Source of the DNA: an uncultured Lachnospiraceae bacterium | GTDB taxonomy: Bacteria > Bacillota > Clostridia > Lachnospirales > Lachnospiraceae | Assembly: GCA_902783375.1 (NCBI GenBank) | Contig: CACZQN010000055.1 | Coordinates: 12,100-76,099, forward strand | Reading direction: 5' to 3' | DNA: 64,000 nt | Part shown: positions 17,030-26,925 of the stretch, one piece after another | Numbering within the stretch: the stretch's first letter is position 1 | Layout of the letters: each line of letters starts with the position of its first letter | The notes under the pieces: model-generated | What the model saw: the letters and a program-made list of their open reading frames with translations, nothing else | The model's database searches: none | What the model was told of the DNA's origin: nothing | Made by a program: the position numbers and the translations under genes

Positions 17030-17815
17030 TTACAGGGATGCGAGGACGGCCAGTGCGCGGTCCTTGATCAGGCATTCCATGTGCTCGCGGATATGCGCGG
17101 CTGCAGGCGGGATGGAGATCTCAGCATTCGAGAATTCCGTCAGATGGTTGCACAGACGGCCGAACATATCCGGACTGGCCTGATCTTCGAGGACAAGAAG
17201 GTAATACCTCTCGGTCTCCGGGTCGCGGTAGAGACTGTTCGACATCACACTATACTCGGAGAGTGTCGATGCGGCGTTCGTTGCCTGTGCGAGATCCCGG
17301 AACGAGAACACACAGGTTTCCGGTGCCCTTGTGGGGGCCGGCGCAGCCGGAGCAGCATCGGTACCCGGCAGTGGTTCATAGAACGGACAGGAAGGAAGTC
17401 CGGCGGCGTCCGCAGGAGCATTCTCTGCGGGCCTGCGTTCATTCTGAAAAGCCTGCGGCTTGAACAGGCCTTCCTGTTTCGGATAATCATATCCGTCGAG
17501 CCCGTCAAAACCTGCCTCTTCACCGGTATCCGGGGAGAAGCGGGAGAACCTGGTGTCAAGCTCTTCGGGATCGTCGGTTCTCGTGATCAGGACGACAAGC
17601 TTGTCGCCGGATGCCGGAATCGCTTCGATCACAAGCGGATGGTCTTCTGCAGAAAAGCCGAGGTCGTGCTCTGCCTGACGCATCATCTCTTCAAAGAGCG
17701 CCTTGGTTTTCTCGGACCCATATCCGAGTTCGGACATGGCGATGCCACGGCCGGCAAGTTCCTCCCGGTCGATGGTGCACTTAATCTGGTTCAGACTGAT
17801 TCTCTGTATCTGCAT
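17030..17815 (-). CDS. mecA: Adaptor protein MecA
   Basis: N-terminal 'MQIQRISLNQIKCTIDREEL', an acidic/Pro linker and a C-terminal ClpC-binding domain are typical of MecA. Confidence 0.8.
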   Translation of the reverse strand: MQIQRISLNQIKCTIDREELAGRGIAMSELGYGSEKTKALFEEMMRQAEHDLGFSAEDHPLVIEAIPASGDKLVVLITRTDDPEELDTRFSRFSPDTGEEAGFDGLDGYDYPKQEGLFKPQAFQNERRPAENAPADAAGLPSCPFYEPLPGTDAAPAAPAPTRAPETCVFSFRDLAQATNAASTLSEYSVMSNSLYRDPETERYYLLVLEDQASPDMFGRLCNHLTEFSNAEISIPPAAAHIREHMECLIKDRALAVLASL

Positions 17816-18011
17816 AATGAAGTTCCTTTCTTGTGCAAGAGTATAGAGGATAAATGCGGATTTGGCAAGTCTATTCTTGTAAATCTATGCAGGAGAAGAC
17901 GCTTCTCTGCCCGATCAAAATGACGAAAACTGCCGGTACAGCAGTTCGGATGAGAGCAGCATATCACAGGGGAAGCGGCGGATCCTGAACCATAGAAGGA
18001 AGGAGAGAAAG

Positions 18012-18263
18012 ATGGACAGAACGGATGGAAATGTGCGCAAGCTTGCAGAGACTGTGTACAGGGTCTGGGACCGCGGCGGTCGTGTGACCCTGGACGGGCA
18101 CAGACTGTGCGACCGGGCGGAGATTACCTACCTTGCCGGCAATGACCGGTTCATGGTGGACTTTGAAGCAGATCCGGAGGGACAGATCCGGGAAGTGCAT
18201 TTTACGCACATCGTCCGGAAGACAAGTCCGTCTGCGAAGATCCGGAAAAAGGGAAGGAGGTGA
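18012..18263 (+). CDS. Hypothetical small basic protein (83 aa)
   Basis: Strong RBS GGAAGGAGAG 6 nt upstream; no family recognised. Confidence 0.4.
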   Translation: MDRTDGNVRKLAETVYRVWDRGGRVTLDGHRLCDRAEITYLAGNDRFMVDFEADPEGQIREVHFTHIVRKTSPSAKIRKKGRR

Positions 18264-18414
18264 GAAGGACCGTGGCGAATCAGATCCGGGACGGGCCAGG
18301 TTATGGCTGCGGCTGTGACGCCGCAGAAAAAGGGTAATGACAAGAGATGGAAATCGTGATAGAATATCCCTGTATTGCCTGAGAACGTGAGACAGACAGA
18401 AGGGATATTTGCGA

Positions 18415-20151
18415 ATGAAAGGAAAGATCATCGGAATTCTTGCAGTGCTGGTTATCGCACTTGCTGCGTTTTTTATCGGAAGATATGTCGAACAGAATGT
18501 GCCGGGGAACACATGGGCGAAGCTGAGTGATTATTATGCTGTGAAAGAAGGACAGGCGCTTGTGTTCCGGAACCAGATTGCAGAGGAAAAGATGGTAACA
18601 CTTCTTGACGGGGAGCCGTTTCTTCCTTATGAAGAAGCACAGGTCTACCTGAAAAGACTTTATCAGGACATCCCGACGGAGCAGATTATCTATACAACGC
18701 CGACGAAGATCTACATGATGAAGGCCGACGAGACGGCCTATACGCTGAATGAGCAGCCGGCAGAGAGCGAAAAGCCGTTCATCCGTACCCTGAACGGAGA
18801 GTACTATGTCTCTTTTGAATTCATCAGCCTCTTCTATGACTGGGATGTGACCCTGTATGAAGATCCGGACCGGCTGATGATCTATGACGAGACTGCCACC
18901 TACCAGTACGTGACGGTGGAGAAGGAGACGCAGCTCCGCGTCCGGGACAACATCAAGAGCGAGATCCTGATGGATCTTGCCGCAGGACAGAAGCTTTATC
19001 TGGCCGAGGAACCGGCGGATGAAGAGGAGGAGAAGAAAAAGAAGGACAAAAATGCCTTCCTGTGTGTCATGACAGAGGACGGCATCAGCGGCTACGTCCA
19101 GCAGAAGCAGCTCGCAGACGGTGGAGAGGCCGCCTCGGAGGAGCGCACCTTCTCGCATCCGACCGACCAGGAACTCTATACCAGTGTGGATCTCGGTGAA
19201 CCGGTCATCATGGTCTGGCATCAGGTCTTCAACGAGACCGCGAACAGCTATCTGGAGGATCAGCTGACAGGTGTCAGCGGCGTGAATGTCATCTCCCCGA
19301 CCTGGTTTTCCGTCATTGAGACGAACGGGAAGCTCTCGACGCTTGCCGATCATGATTATGTGGAGAAGGCTCATGCGCTGGGCCTGCAGGTCTGGCCGAG
19401 CATCACGGATTTTGAGACGAGTGTGAATTTCAGTACGCTTTTCGCAAGCGAGACCTACAGAAGAAACCTGATCAACAACATCTTCTGGTTCATTTACAAG
19501 TATGATCTGGACGGCATCAACATCGACTTTGAGCGGGTAACGCCGAACAATGCTGCAGACTACACGCAGTTCCTCCGGGAGCTGTCGCTGGCCTGCCGGA
19601 ACGAGAATCTCGTGCTTTCGATCGACAACTATGTGCCGACCGCCTATACCGCCTATTATGACCGGGAAGAGGAAGGCATCCTTGCGGACTATGTCATGGT
19701 CATGGCCTATGATGAGCACTATTCCGGTTCGGAGGAAGCCGGATCGGTTTCTTCCCTCGATTGGGTCAGGAACGGTGTCAGAGCCCTCTCCGAGCTTGTG
19801 GAGGGCAGAAAGATTGTCGCAGGCCTGCCGTTCTATACCAGAGTCTGGTATGAGACGAAGAATGCAGACGGATCCGTATCGCTCTCCAGTGAAGCGATGT
19901 CGGAGACCGCTGCGGCGAACAGAGTCGCTGCTGCCGGGGTCGAACCGACCTGGGACGGCGCGACCGGCCAGTACTATGCCGAGTGGACTTCGGAAAATAC
20001 GACTGCGAAAGTCTGGCTCGAAGAGGAGCGGTCGCTGGCAACGAAGCTTGAAGTGCTTGACCCGACGCAGATCGGCGGTCTTGCCTTCTGGAAGCTGGGT
20101 CTGGAACGGGATGGCGTCTGGGATGTCATCGCGGACTGGAAGGGGAACTGA
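18415..20151 (+). CDS. Glycoside hydrolase family 18 protein with an N-terminal TM anchor (putative peptidoglycan/chitin hydrolase)
   Basis: GH18 catalytic motif 'DLDGINIDFE', signal anchor 'IIGILAVLVIALAAFFIG'. Confidence 0.8.
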   Translation: MKGKIIGILAVLVIALAAFFIGRYVEQNVPGNTWAKLSDYYAVKEGQALVFRNQIAEEKMVTLLDGEPFLPYEEAQVYLKRLYQDIPTEQIIYTTPTKIYMMKADETAYTLNEQPAESEKPFIRTLNGEYYVSFEFISLFYDWDVTLYEDPDRLMIYDETATYQYVTVEKETQLRVRDNIKSEILMDLAAGQKLYLAEEPADEEEEKKKKDKNAFLCVMTEDGISGYVQQKQLADGGEAASEERTFSHPTDQELYTSVDLGEPVIMVWHQVFNETANSYLEDQLTGVSGVNVISPTWFSVIETNGKLSTLADHDYVEKAHALGLQVWPSITDFETSVNFSTLFASETYRRNLINNIFWFIYKYDLDGINIDFERVTPNNAADYTQFLRELSLACRNENLVLSIDNYVPTAYTAYYDREEEGILADYVMVMAYDEHYSGSEEAGSVSSLDWVRNGVRALSELVEGRKIVAGLPFYTRVWYETKNADGSVSLSSEAMSETAAANRVAAAGVEPTWDGATGQYYAEWTSENTTAKVWLEEERSLATKLEVLDPTQIGGLAFWKLGLERDGVWDVIADWKGN

Positions 20152-20196
20152 ACCCTGTCCGGCCGAAGCCGGGGAACTTAGAAAGGAATTGAAACA

Positions 20197-21276
20197 TTGA
20201 CAGAACAGGAATCCCTGATCAGCACCAGGGTTATCAAAGTAGATCCGGAGCATCCGGAAGAAGGATCCCTGCGGGAAGCGGGCAGGATTATCAGAGAGGG
20301 CGGCCTTGTGGCATTCCCGACGGAAACGGTCTATGGACTGGGCGGGAATGGTCTTGATGCAGGCGCTTCTGCAAAGATCTATGCGGCGAAAGGCAGACCT
20401 TCGGATAATCCGCTGATTCTCCATATCGCAGATCCGGAAGCGCTTACGGACATCGTGGAAGAGATCCCGGAGGCAGCGAAGCTTCTGATGGAACGCTTCT
20501 GGCCGGGACCGCTGACCATCATCTTCCGCAAGAAGGACTGTGTGCCGTATGCCACGACCGGCGGACTGGATACGGTGGCTGTGCGGATGCCGTCCCACCC
20601 GACAGCGCAGATGCTGATCCGCGAAGCGGGCGTGCCGATCGCCGCACCGAGCGCGAATCTTTCCGGAAGGCCGAGCCCGACGACGGCAGAGCATGTCATC
20701 CGGGATCTGTCCGGAAGAATCGAGATGATCATCGACAGCGGGGCAGTCGGCATCGGGCTGGAGTCCACCATTGTGGATGTGACCGGCGAGCGGCCGGTCC
20801 TGCTGAGACCCGGATATATCACCTATGAGATGCTGGAAGACCTTCTGAACGAGGTGCAGATTGATCCGGTGATTACCGAGACAAAGCCTGACCCGAACCT
20901 GAAGCCGAAGGCGCCGGGGATGAAGTACCGGCATTACGCACCGAAGGGAGACCTGGTGATCGTGAAGGGACCGATGGATGCAGTGATCCGTGCGATCAAT
21001 GAAGCCTGTGAAAAGGACCACGCGGCGGGATATACGACGGGGGTTCTTGCATCCTCGGAGGCGGCTGCGTCCTACCACGCAGATGTGGTGTCAGACTGCG
21101 GAAGCAGGGAGAATCTTGAGGAGATCGCACATAATCTTTTTGCGGTATTGCGGGATTTTGATGAACAGGGTGTCGAGAAGATCTATGCAGAGTGTTTTGA
21201 TGGGGAAGCGCTCGGCATGGCAGTGATGAACCGCCTGCGGAAGGCAGCGGGCTATCATATGATGACAGTGGAGTAA
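20197..21276 (+). CDS. tsaC: L-threonylcarbamoyladenylate synthase (Sua5/YwlC type)
   Basis: YrdC domain 'VAFPTETVYGLGGN', C-terminal Sua5 domain; TTG start as called. Confidence 0.85.
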   Translation: MTEQESLISTRVIKVDPEHPEEGSLREAGRIIREGGLVAFPTETVYGLGGNGLDAGASAKIYAAKGRPSDNPLILHIADPEALTDIVEEIPEAAKLLMERFWPGPLTIIFRKKDCVPYATTGGLDTVAVRMPSHPTAQMLIREAGVPIAAPSANLSGRPSPTTAEHVIRDLSGRIEMIIDSGAVGIGLESTIVDVTGERPVLLRPGYITYEMLEDLLNEVQIDPVITETKPDPNLKPKAPGMKYRHYAPKGDLVIVKGPMDAVIRAINEACEKDHAAGYTTGVLASSEAAASYHADVVSDCGSRENLEEIAHNLFAVLRDFDEQGVEKIYAECFDGEALGMAVMNRLRKAAGYHMMTVE

Positions 21277-21294
21277 ACGGAGAGGGTAAAGACC

Positions 21295-21756
21295 ATGTAT
21301 GCGAAGATTATCTTTGTATGTACGGGAGATACGGCCAGAGGACCGATGGCAGAGGCAATCTATCAGGGATTGACCGATGAGAACCGGATTCCTGCCATCG
21401 CGCGGGGAACGGTGGTCCTGTTCCCGGAACCAATGAATCCGAAAGCGGAATCGGTTCTTGAGGCACACGGCCTTGCACTGACGTCTTCGGTCTCCCAGGG
21501 ACTCGAGGCTGCCGATTTCGTGCAGAATACGCTGGTCCTTGCGATGTCTGAGCAGCTTGCAGACCATGTCCGGAGCCAGTTCCCGGAACTGATTGAAGAA
21601 AAGCAGGTGACGGTTGATACCATCAAGGCATTCAACGGAGAGACAGGGGATGTGATCGACCCCTATGGCGGGACCCTGATCGACTATGAGGCGTACTACA
21701 CCGAGATGAACCGCCTGATCAAAAAGACGATCTACCGCCTGGAAGAGGAGGCTTAA
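21295..21756 (+). CDS. Low-molecular-weight phosphatase family protein (YwlE-like, CX5R motif)
   Basis: 'FVCTGDTARGPMAE' fits CX5R; sits directly after sua5, as ywlC-ywlE do in Bacillus. Confidence 0.7.
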   Translation: MYAKIIFVCTGDTARGPMAEAIYQGLTDENRIPAIARGTVVLFPEPMNPKAESVLEAHGLALTSSVSQGLEAADFVQNTLVLAMSEQLADHVRSQFPELIEEKQVTVDTIKAFNGETGDVIDPYGGTLIDYEAYYTEMNRLIKKTIYRLEEEA

Positions 21757-22256
21757 AGGATCTGCTGCAGCTGTTCGATCGGCGCGGCAAGCTCCTTGAA
21801 AGAACCATCTTCAATTGCATTCATCAGCCGCTGGAGGGCATGCATGGCCGCCGCGGCTTCTTCTTTTGTAATCAGGCCTTCTATGAGCGCATCCGCATAT
21901 TCATCCGCATCGAGAAGGTGGAGGGAACCGTCGGGATCGACGATGACATCGAGCAGCAGATCCGTGTAGTGGATCTCGGAATCCTCGATCCGGACGGAAC
22001 AGATATCATTATACCAGTGCACAAGGGAACCATCCGGGGCAAAGACTTTGCTGATGCGGAAGCCGAGCTTCGGATAGAAGGCAGAGATGCCGCCGCCGAT
22101 GTCATCCCGGGGGCGGATGGCCTTCCAGCTGGTCAGAATCAGATCGTCCGAGACATACCAGATACAGTCTTTCTTCAGATGGACACACTCATCCGGAATA
22201 TAGCGTCTGCGGTAGAGTGCATAGGACCGAAACTGTTCAGCATCAAATGTCATCAT
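21753..22256 (-). CDS. DUF402 domain protein
   Basis: DUF402-like profile over 167 aa. Confidence 0.55.
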   Translation of the reverse strand: MMTFDAEQFRSYALYRRRYIPDECVHLKKDCIWYVSDDLILTSWKAIRPRDDIGGGISAFYPKLGFRISKVFAPDGSLVHWYNDICSVRIEDSEIHYTDLLLDVIVDPDGSLHLLDADEYADALIEGLITKEEAAAAMHALQRLMNAIEDGSFKELAAPIEQLQQIL

Positions 22257-22397
22257 GATCGAACCTCCCTGATTGCCAATGTTGCCTTTGGTATTCTTTC
22301 ATGGTAGCACATGTTTGACATATTTGCAAATGTGTATCTTGACCGCTCCTGCATGAAATAGTAACATCTCATGCGTATCTTAACGATAATATTGTGG

Positions 22398-22520
22398 ATT
22401 CTCTTATTCAGAGTGACGGAGAGTGAAGGCTCTGTGAAGTCACGGCAACCCCTGTATCCGGTACAGGAAGGTGCCAACCTGAGGCGGGTTTCATAGACCC
22501 GAACAATGAGAGGATTTGGT
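22398..22520 (+). promoter_or_regulatory. SAM-I (S-box) riboswitch aptamer in the metK leader
   Basis: 'CTCTTATTCAGAGTGACGGAG ... GGCAACC ... AAGGTGCCAA' matches the S-box core; followed by a terminator. Confidence 0.8.
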
Positions 22521-22555
22521 TTTTGAATCAAGTCTAAAAGATTGTGTCAGGAGTG

Positions 22556-22586
22556 AATAAGAGGCCACCACGGCCTCTTTTTTCTG
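22556..22586 (+). terminator. Riboswitch expression-platform terminator
   Basis: AAGAGGCCACCACGGCCTCTT followed by TTTTTCT. Confidence 0.8.
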
Positions 22587-22608
22587 CGGCAGAAAGGATT
22601 ATTTGAAA

Positions 22609-23799
22609 ATGGGAAGAAGATTATTTACTTCCGAATCTGTAACCGAAGGACATCCGGATAAGATCTGCGATATGGTTTCGGATGCGATTCTGGATGCGCT
22701 GATGGAACAGGACCCGATGAGCCGCGTGGCCTGCGAGACCACGGCCTGCACCGGCCTGATCCATGTGATGGGTGAAATCACAACCCGTGCCAATGTGGAT
22801 TACCAGGAGATCGTCCGCAGGACGGTCCGCGAGATCGGCTACGATTCCTCGGAGAAAGGCTTTGACGCGAATACCTGCGGCGTGCTCATCTCCATTGATA
22901 AGCAGTCTCCGGATATCGCGATGGGCGTGGACAAGGCGCTCGAGGCAAAGGAAGGCGAGATGACCGAAGCCGAGATCGATGCCATCGGTGCCGGTGACCA
23001 GGGAATGATGTTCGGCTATGCGACGGATGAGAACGAGGACTATATGCCGTACCCGATCAGCCTGGCCCACAAGCTGACCAAGCGGCTGACGGAAGTCAGA
23101 AAGAATGGGACACTGCCGTATCTGCGTGCGGACGGCAAGAGCCAGGTGACCGTTGAATATGATGAGCAGGATCATCCGGTGCATCTCAATGCGGTCGTCC
23201 TCTCAACCCAGCATGACGAGCATGTGACCCAGGAACAGATCCATGAAGATATTAAAAAATATGTCCTGGATCCGGTGCTGCCGGAGAACCTGGTCGATGA
23301 GAATACGAAGATTTACATCAATCCGACCGGCCGTTTTGTGATCGGCGGACCGGCAGGCGATTCGGGCCTTACCGGCAGAAAGATCATCGTCGACACCTAC
23401 GGCGGCTACGCAAGACATGGCGGCGGCGCATTTTCCGGAAAAGACTGCACGAAGGTTGACCGCTCCGCTGCATATGCAGCCCGGTATGTGGCAAAGAACC
23501 TGGTCGTAGCAGGCCTGTGCCATCGCTGTGAGATCCAGCTTTCCTACGCCATCGGCGTTGCAAACCCGACTTCCATTGCCATCGATACCTTCGGAACCGG
23601 GAAGTTCTCCGAGGAAGAACTGGTGAAGATTGTCCGCGAGAACTTTGACCTGAGACCGGCAGGGATCATCAAGATGCTGGACCTGCGCCGCCCGATCTAC
23701 AAGCAGACCGCAGCCTACGGACATTTCGGCCGCACGGATCTGAACCTGCCATGGGAGGCACTGGACAAGGTGGATGTGCTGAAGCAGTATCTTGCATGA
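22609..23799 (+). CDS. metK: S-adenosylmethionine synthetase
   Basis: '[13 protein letters not shown]', GAGDQG motif, full-length MetK. Confidence 0.95.
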   Translation: MGRRLFTSESVTEGHPDKICDMVSDAILDALMEQDPMSRVACETTACTGLIHVMGEITTRANVDYQEIVRRTVREIGYDSSEKGFDANTCGVLISIDKQSPDIAMGVDKALEAKEGEMTEAEIDAIGAGDQGMMFGYATDENEDYMPYPISLAHKLTKRLTEVRKNGTLPYLRADGKSQVTVEYDEQDHPVHLNAVVLSTQHDEHVTQEQIHEDIKKYVLDPVLPENLVDENTKIYINPTGRFVIGGPAGDSGLTGRKIIVDTYGGYARHGGGAFSGKDCTKVDRSAAYAARYVAKNLVVAGLCHRCEIQLSYAIGVANPTSIAIDTFGTGKFSEEELVKIVRENFDLRPAGIIKMLDLRRPIYKQTAAYGHFGRTDLNLPWEALDKVDVLKQYLA

Positions 23800-23885
23800 T
23801 GTTACTATTCACGGTCCGCCATCCACAAGCCTCAGACCATCTGTGATTACAAAAATTTAATAACCCATATCATGGCCATTTTTTA

Positions 23886-23927
23886 CAGCCTGTGTTACAA
23901 TATCCGGTAACACAGGCTGATTTTCTC
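23886..23927 (+). terminator. metK terminator
   Basis: CAGCCTGTGTTAC-loop-GTAACACAGGCTG 13-bp stem followed by ATTTTCTC. Confidence 0.75.
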
Positions 23928-23956
23928 ATCCTGTGGTGGATGGAGGTGCTTTGCAG

Positions 23957-25192
23957 ATGAAGCTGCGTCGAAGAATTGTGATAGCATTTGTGATGATTCT
24001 TTTTGTGCCGGTGACACTGATGCTGCAGGCGATCTATAAGACCGGAGAGTTCCGGAAGGAAGCGATGCTGACAGAGGCCGGACCGGAAGTGGAGGTGTAC
24101 ACGCAGATGGTCACGCAGTCCGTTCTGTCTCTGGTGATTCTGATGATCGTTCTGGCGGTGGTCATGGCCATCTGGCTTTACCGGAGTGTCCTGCAGCCGA
24201 TCACGGCGCTCAGGGTCTCGATGAACCGGATGAAGGAAGGGGACCTGGACGCCCCGGTGCCCCACGAAGGGGACGATGAGATCGATGAACTCTGCGCGGA
24301 TTTTGAAGATATGCGGCGCCATATGAAGACACTCCTCGAGGAGAAGATGGCGCATGAGGAAGAGCAGAAAGAACTGATCAGCAACATTTCCCACGATCTG
24401 AAGACCCCGCTGACGGCGATCAAGGGCTATGCGGAGGGACTGCTCGAGGGTGTGGCGGCGACGCCGGAGAAGCAGGAAAAATATGTGCGGACCATCTACC
24501 AGAAGGCGAATGAGATGACGACGCTGGTGGATGAGCTGAGTATGTATACCAAGATCGATTCCGGAACCGTGCCGTATAATTTCCTGAATCTGAATCTTCA
24601 TGAGTACCTTTCCGACAGTGTGGAAGACCTGAAGATGGATCTGGAACTGCAGAACATGGACCTGGCCTATTTCCCATATGCGGACCAGGGCGTGGAAGTG
24701 ATCGCCGATCCCGAGCAGCTGGCGCGGGTTCTCGGCAATATTATTACCAATGCGGTCAAGTATCGGGATCCGGAAAAGAAGGGTCTGATCTGCATCCGGA
24801 CCAAGGATGCGGGCGCCTATGTCCGGGTTGAGATTGAAGACAACGGAAAGGGAATCTCCCAGAAGGATCTGCCGAATATCTTTGACCGCTTCTACAGAAC
24901 AGATGCCTCGAGGAATTCCAGGACCGGCGGGTCCGGGCTCGGGCTTGCGATCGTGAAGAAGATCGTCGAAGATCACGGCGGACGGATCTGGGCGGAGAGT
25001 ACGGAAGGAACCGGGACGACCATGATTCTGATGCTGCGGAAGGTTCATCCGGGAGAGATGCCGGACGATCCGGGCGTGCAGCGGGAAGAACCCCGGGAGG
25101 ATTCGGGCGAGATGAGCCCGGAGGAATTGCTGAAGCAGGCGTCCAAGGACGCGAAGCAGGAAGCCAGAAGAGAACGGAGGAATTTGAAGTGA
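23957..25192 (+). CDS. Sensor histidine kinase (two TM helices with a short extracytoplasmic loop, HAMP, HisKA, HATPase)
   Basis: H-box 'ISHDLKTPLTAIKGYAEGL', N/G1/G2 boxes; ATG at 23957 lies 10 nt after GGAGG. Confidence 0.85.
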   Translation: MKLRRRIVIAFVMILFVPVTLMLQAIYKTGEFRKEAMLTEAGPEVEVYTQMVTQSVLSLVILMIVLAVVMAIWLYRSVLQPITALRVSMNRMKEGDLDAPVPHEGDDEIDELCADFEDMRRHMKTLLEEKMAHEEEQKELISNISHDLKTPLTAIKGYAEGLLEGVAATPEKQEKYVRTIYQKANEMTTLVDELSMYTKIDSGTVPYNFLNLNLHEYLSDSVEDLKMDLELQNMDLAYFPYADQGVEVIADPEQLARVLGNIITNAVKYRDPEKKGLICIRTKDAGAYVRVEIEDNGKGISQKDLPNIFDRFYRTDASRNSRTGGSGLGLAIVKKIVEDHGGRIWAESTEGTGTTMILMLRKVHPGEMPDDPGVQREEPREDSGEMSPEELLKQASKDAKQEARRERRNLK

Positions 25193-25878
25193 GCAGAATT
25201 CTGATTATTGAAGATGAAGAGTCCATTGCGGAACTGGAGAAGGATTATCTGGAGCTTTCGCAGTTTGAAGTGGATATTGAAAACAGCGGCGATGTCGGAC
25301 TTTCCAGAGCCCTCAAAGAGGATTTTGACCTGATTATCCTGGATCTGATGCTTCCGGGCGTGGATGGCTTTGAGGTCTGCAGACAGATCCGGGAGATCAA
25401 GAATACCCCGATCATCATGGTTTCGGCAAAGAAAGAAGATATCGACAAGATCCGCGGCCTCGGCATGGGTGCGGACGACTACATGACGAAGCCCTTCTCG
25501 CCGAGCGAACTGGTGGCCAGGGTCAAGGCACACCTCGCCCGCTATAAGCGGCTGGTCGGCGCTGATGAGCACCGCAACCAGTGGATCGAGATCCGCGGGC
25601 TGAAGATCGACAAGACCGCACGCCGCGTCTTTGTCAACGACGAAGAGAAGAACTTCACGACGAAGGAATTTGATCTTCTGACATTCCTGGCGGAGCATCC
25701 GAACCATGTCTACACGAAGGAAGAACTCTTCCGGGAGATCTGGGAGATGGAGTCCGTCGGCGATATCGCCACGGTAACCGTCCATATCAAGAAGATCCGC
25801 GAGAAGATCGAGACCGACACCAGCAACCCGCAGTACATCGAGACGATCTGGGGCGTCGGGTACCGCTTCAAGGTCTGA
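25189..25878 (+). CDS. OmpR-family response regulator
   Basis: Receiver 'LIILDLMLPGVDG', winged-helix C-terminus 'YIETIWGVGYRF'; start overlaps the HK stop. Confidence 0.9.
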   Translation: MSRILIIEDEESIAELEKDYLELSQFEVDIENSGDVGLSRALKEDFDLIILDLMLPGVDGFEVCRQIREIKNTPIIMVSAKKEDIDKIRGLGMGADDYMTKPFSPSELVARVKAHLARYKRLVGADEHRNQWIEIRGLKIDKTARRVFVNDEEKNFTTKEFDLLTFLAEHPNHVYTKEELFREIWEMESVGDIATVTVHIKKIREKIETDTSNPQYIETIWGVGYRFKV

Positions 25879-25904
25879 TGGTCCGTTATTTCCGGAAAAA
25901 CAAT

Positions 25905-25966
25905 GAGGCTGCCGCATTCGTGAATGATTTATTGAACGATCATTACGGAGGCGGCAGCCTCTTTTT
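25905..25966. terminator. Hairpin terminator with a long structured loop, shared by the RR gene (+) and the HAD gene (-)
   Basis: GAGGCTGCCGC ... GCGGCAGCCTC 11-bp stem followed by TTTTT. Confidence 0.5.
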
Positions 25967-25972
25967 ACACGC

Positions 25973-26749
25973 TCAGAATAAGGGCTCGAGGACTTTCCGC
26001 AGTTCATCCCAGTGATGGATGGTCAGGACATCCTCAGCAGGCGCTGCGGCGGGCTTTTCGGACTTCGCGGCCTGGATGCCATATTTCTGAACGGCCCCCT
26101 GATACCAGACAGGAACCATGCCCACGCTCCTTGCGCCGACCACGTCGGCTGCATAGGTGTCTCCGCAGTACCAGATCTCATCTGCCTGTATCTCCGGGGT
26201 TTTTTCTCTGGCGCGGATCAGGCCCAGTTCAAAGATACGGGGACTCGGCTTCCGGAAGAGGTAATCACTGGTCGCAATGATGAATTCAAAGTCTGCTTCG
26301 GGCACCAGGCGGTGGATCCGCTCCTCGACGACCGGTGCGGCATACATGATGTTGCTGATCACGCCGATCCGGATGCCGTGTGCCATCAGCCAGGAGAGCA
26401 GCTCGTTGATGCCGTCGGTCGGAACGGCCGGGGCAGCGGCATCCCAGTAGAGCCGGTCGATCTCCTGATCGGTCAGGTCCAGACGGATGGACAGGGAGGC
26501 GTAGAGGTACTTGAGGATCATGCAGTTCAGAATCTCATATTCCCGTTCATGGCGCTGGACGTTCCGGTTGAAGCCGTAGACTTCACTCATCAGCTCCCAG
26601 GCTTTCGCGGCAACTTCTTCCGCACCCAGCGAATGTGGGTTTGTGAGGGCATGCGCCAGTAGCGCCGTGTCCCCGGCAAGGTTGTTGAAAGGAGTTTCGT
26701 TCCCGATTGTCTGTCCATAGTCAAAAAGAATCATCTTTGGTATACGCAT
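25973..26749 (-). CDS. HAD-superfamily hydrolase
   Basis: Motif I 'ILFDYGQT', motif IV 'YCGDTYAADV'; start MRIP is the second ATG after AAAGGAGGG. Confidence 0.75.
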   Translation of the reverse strand: MRIPKMILFDYGQTIGNETPFNNLAGDTALLAHALTNPHSLGAEEVAAKAWELMSEVYGFNRNVQRHEREYEILNCMILKYLYASLSIRLDLTDQEIDRLYWDAAAPAVPTDGINELLSWLMAHGIRIGVISNIMYAAPVVEERIHRLVPEADFEFIIATSDYLFRKPSPRIFELGLIRAREKTPEIQADEIWYCGDTYAADVVGARSVGMVPVWYQGAVQKYGIQAAKSEKPAAAPAEDVLTIHHWDELRKVLEPLF

Positions 26750-26925
26750 ATTCATCCCTCCTTTTCCTCTGATTCTATCACCCGGAAAACGGTCTGTAAA
26801 CGAAAAAAGAAGCACCGATTCTGCACACTTTCCCTCTTGCGGATTCCCGATAGAAATGATACACTGTGGAGTGGAATGAAAACGTATCAGAAGAGGAATC
26901 AGATGATACTGGTAAGGAGGAAGCC

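Noticed and set aside
18301-21078. 925-aa stop-free ORF on the minus strand spanning the GH18 and sua5 genes
   Set aside because: It is antisense to two well-supported + strand genes and has no RBS. Its composition is Arg/Pro-rich and low-complexity, typical of shadow ORFs in high-GC DNA. It also crosses an intergenic gap, which a real gene opposite two separate genes would be unlikely to do.
22313-22368. Precise metK/riboswitch promoter (TTGACA at 22313 or TTGACC-17-TAACAT at 22340)
   Set aside because: Two candidate -35/-10 pairs with imperfect -10 hexamers; cannot choose between them without TSS data, so no promoter feature was reported.
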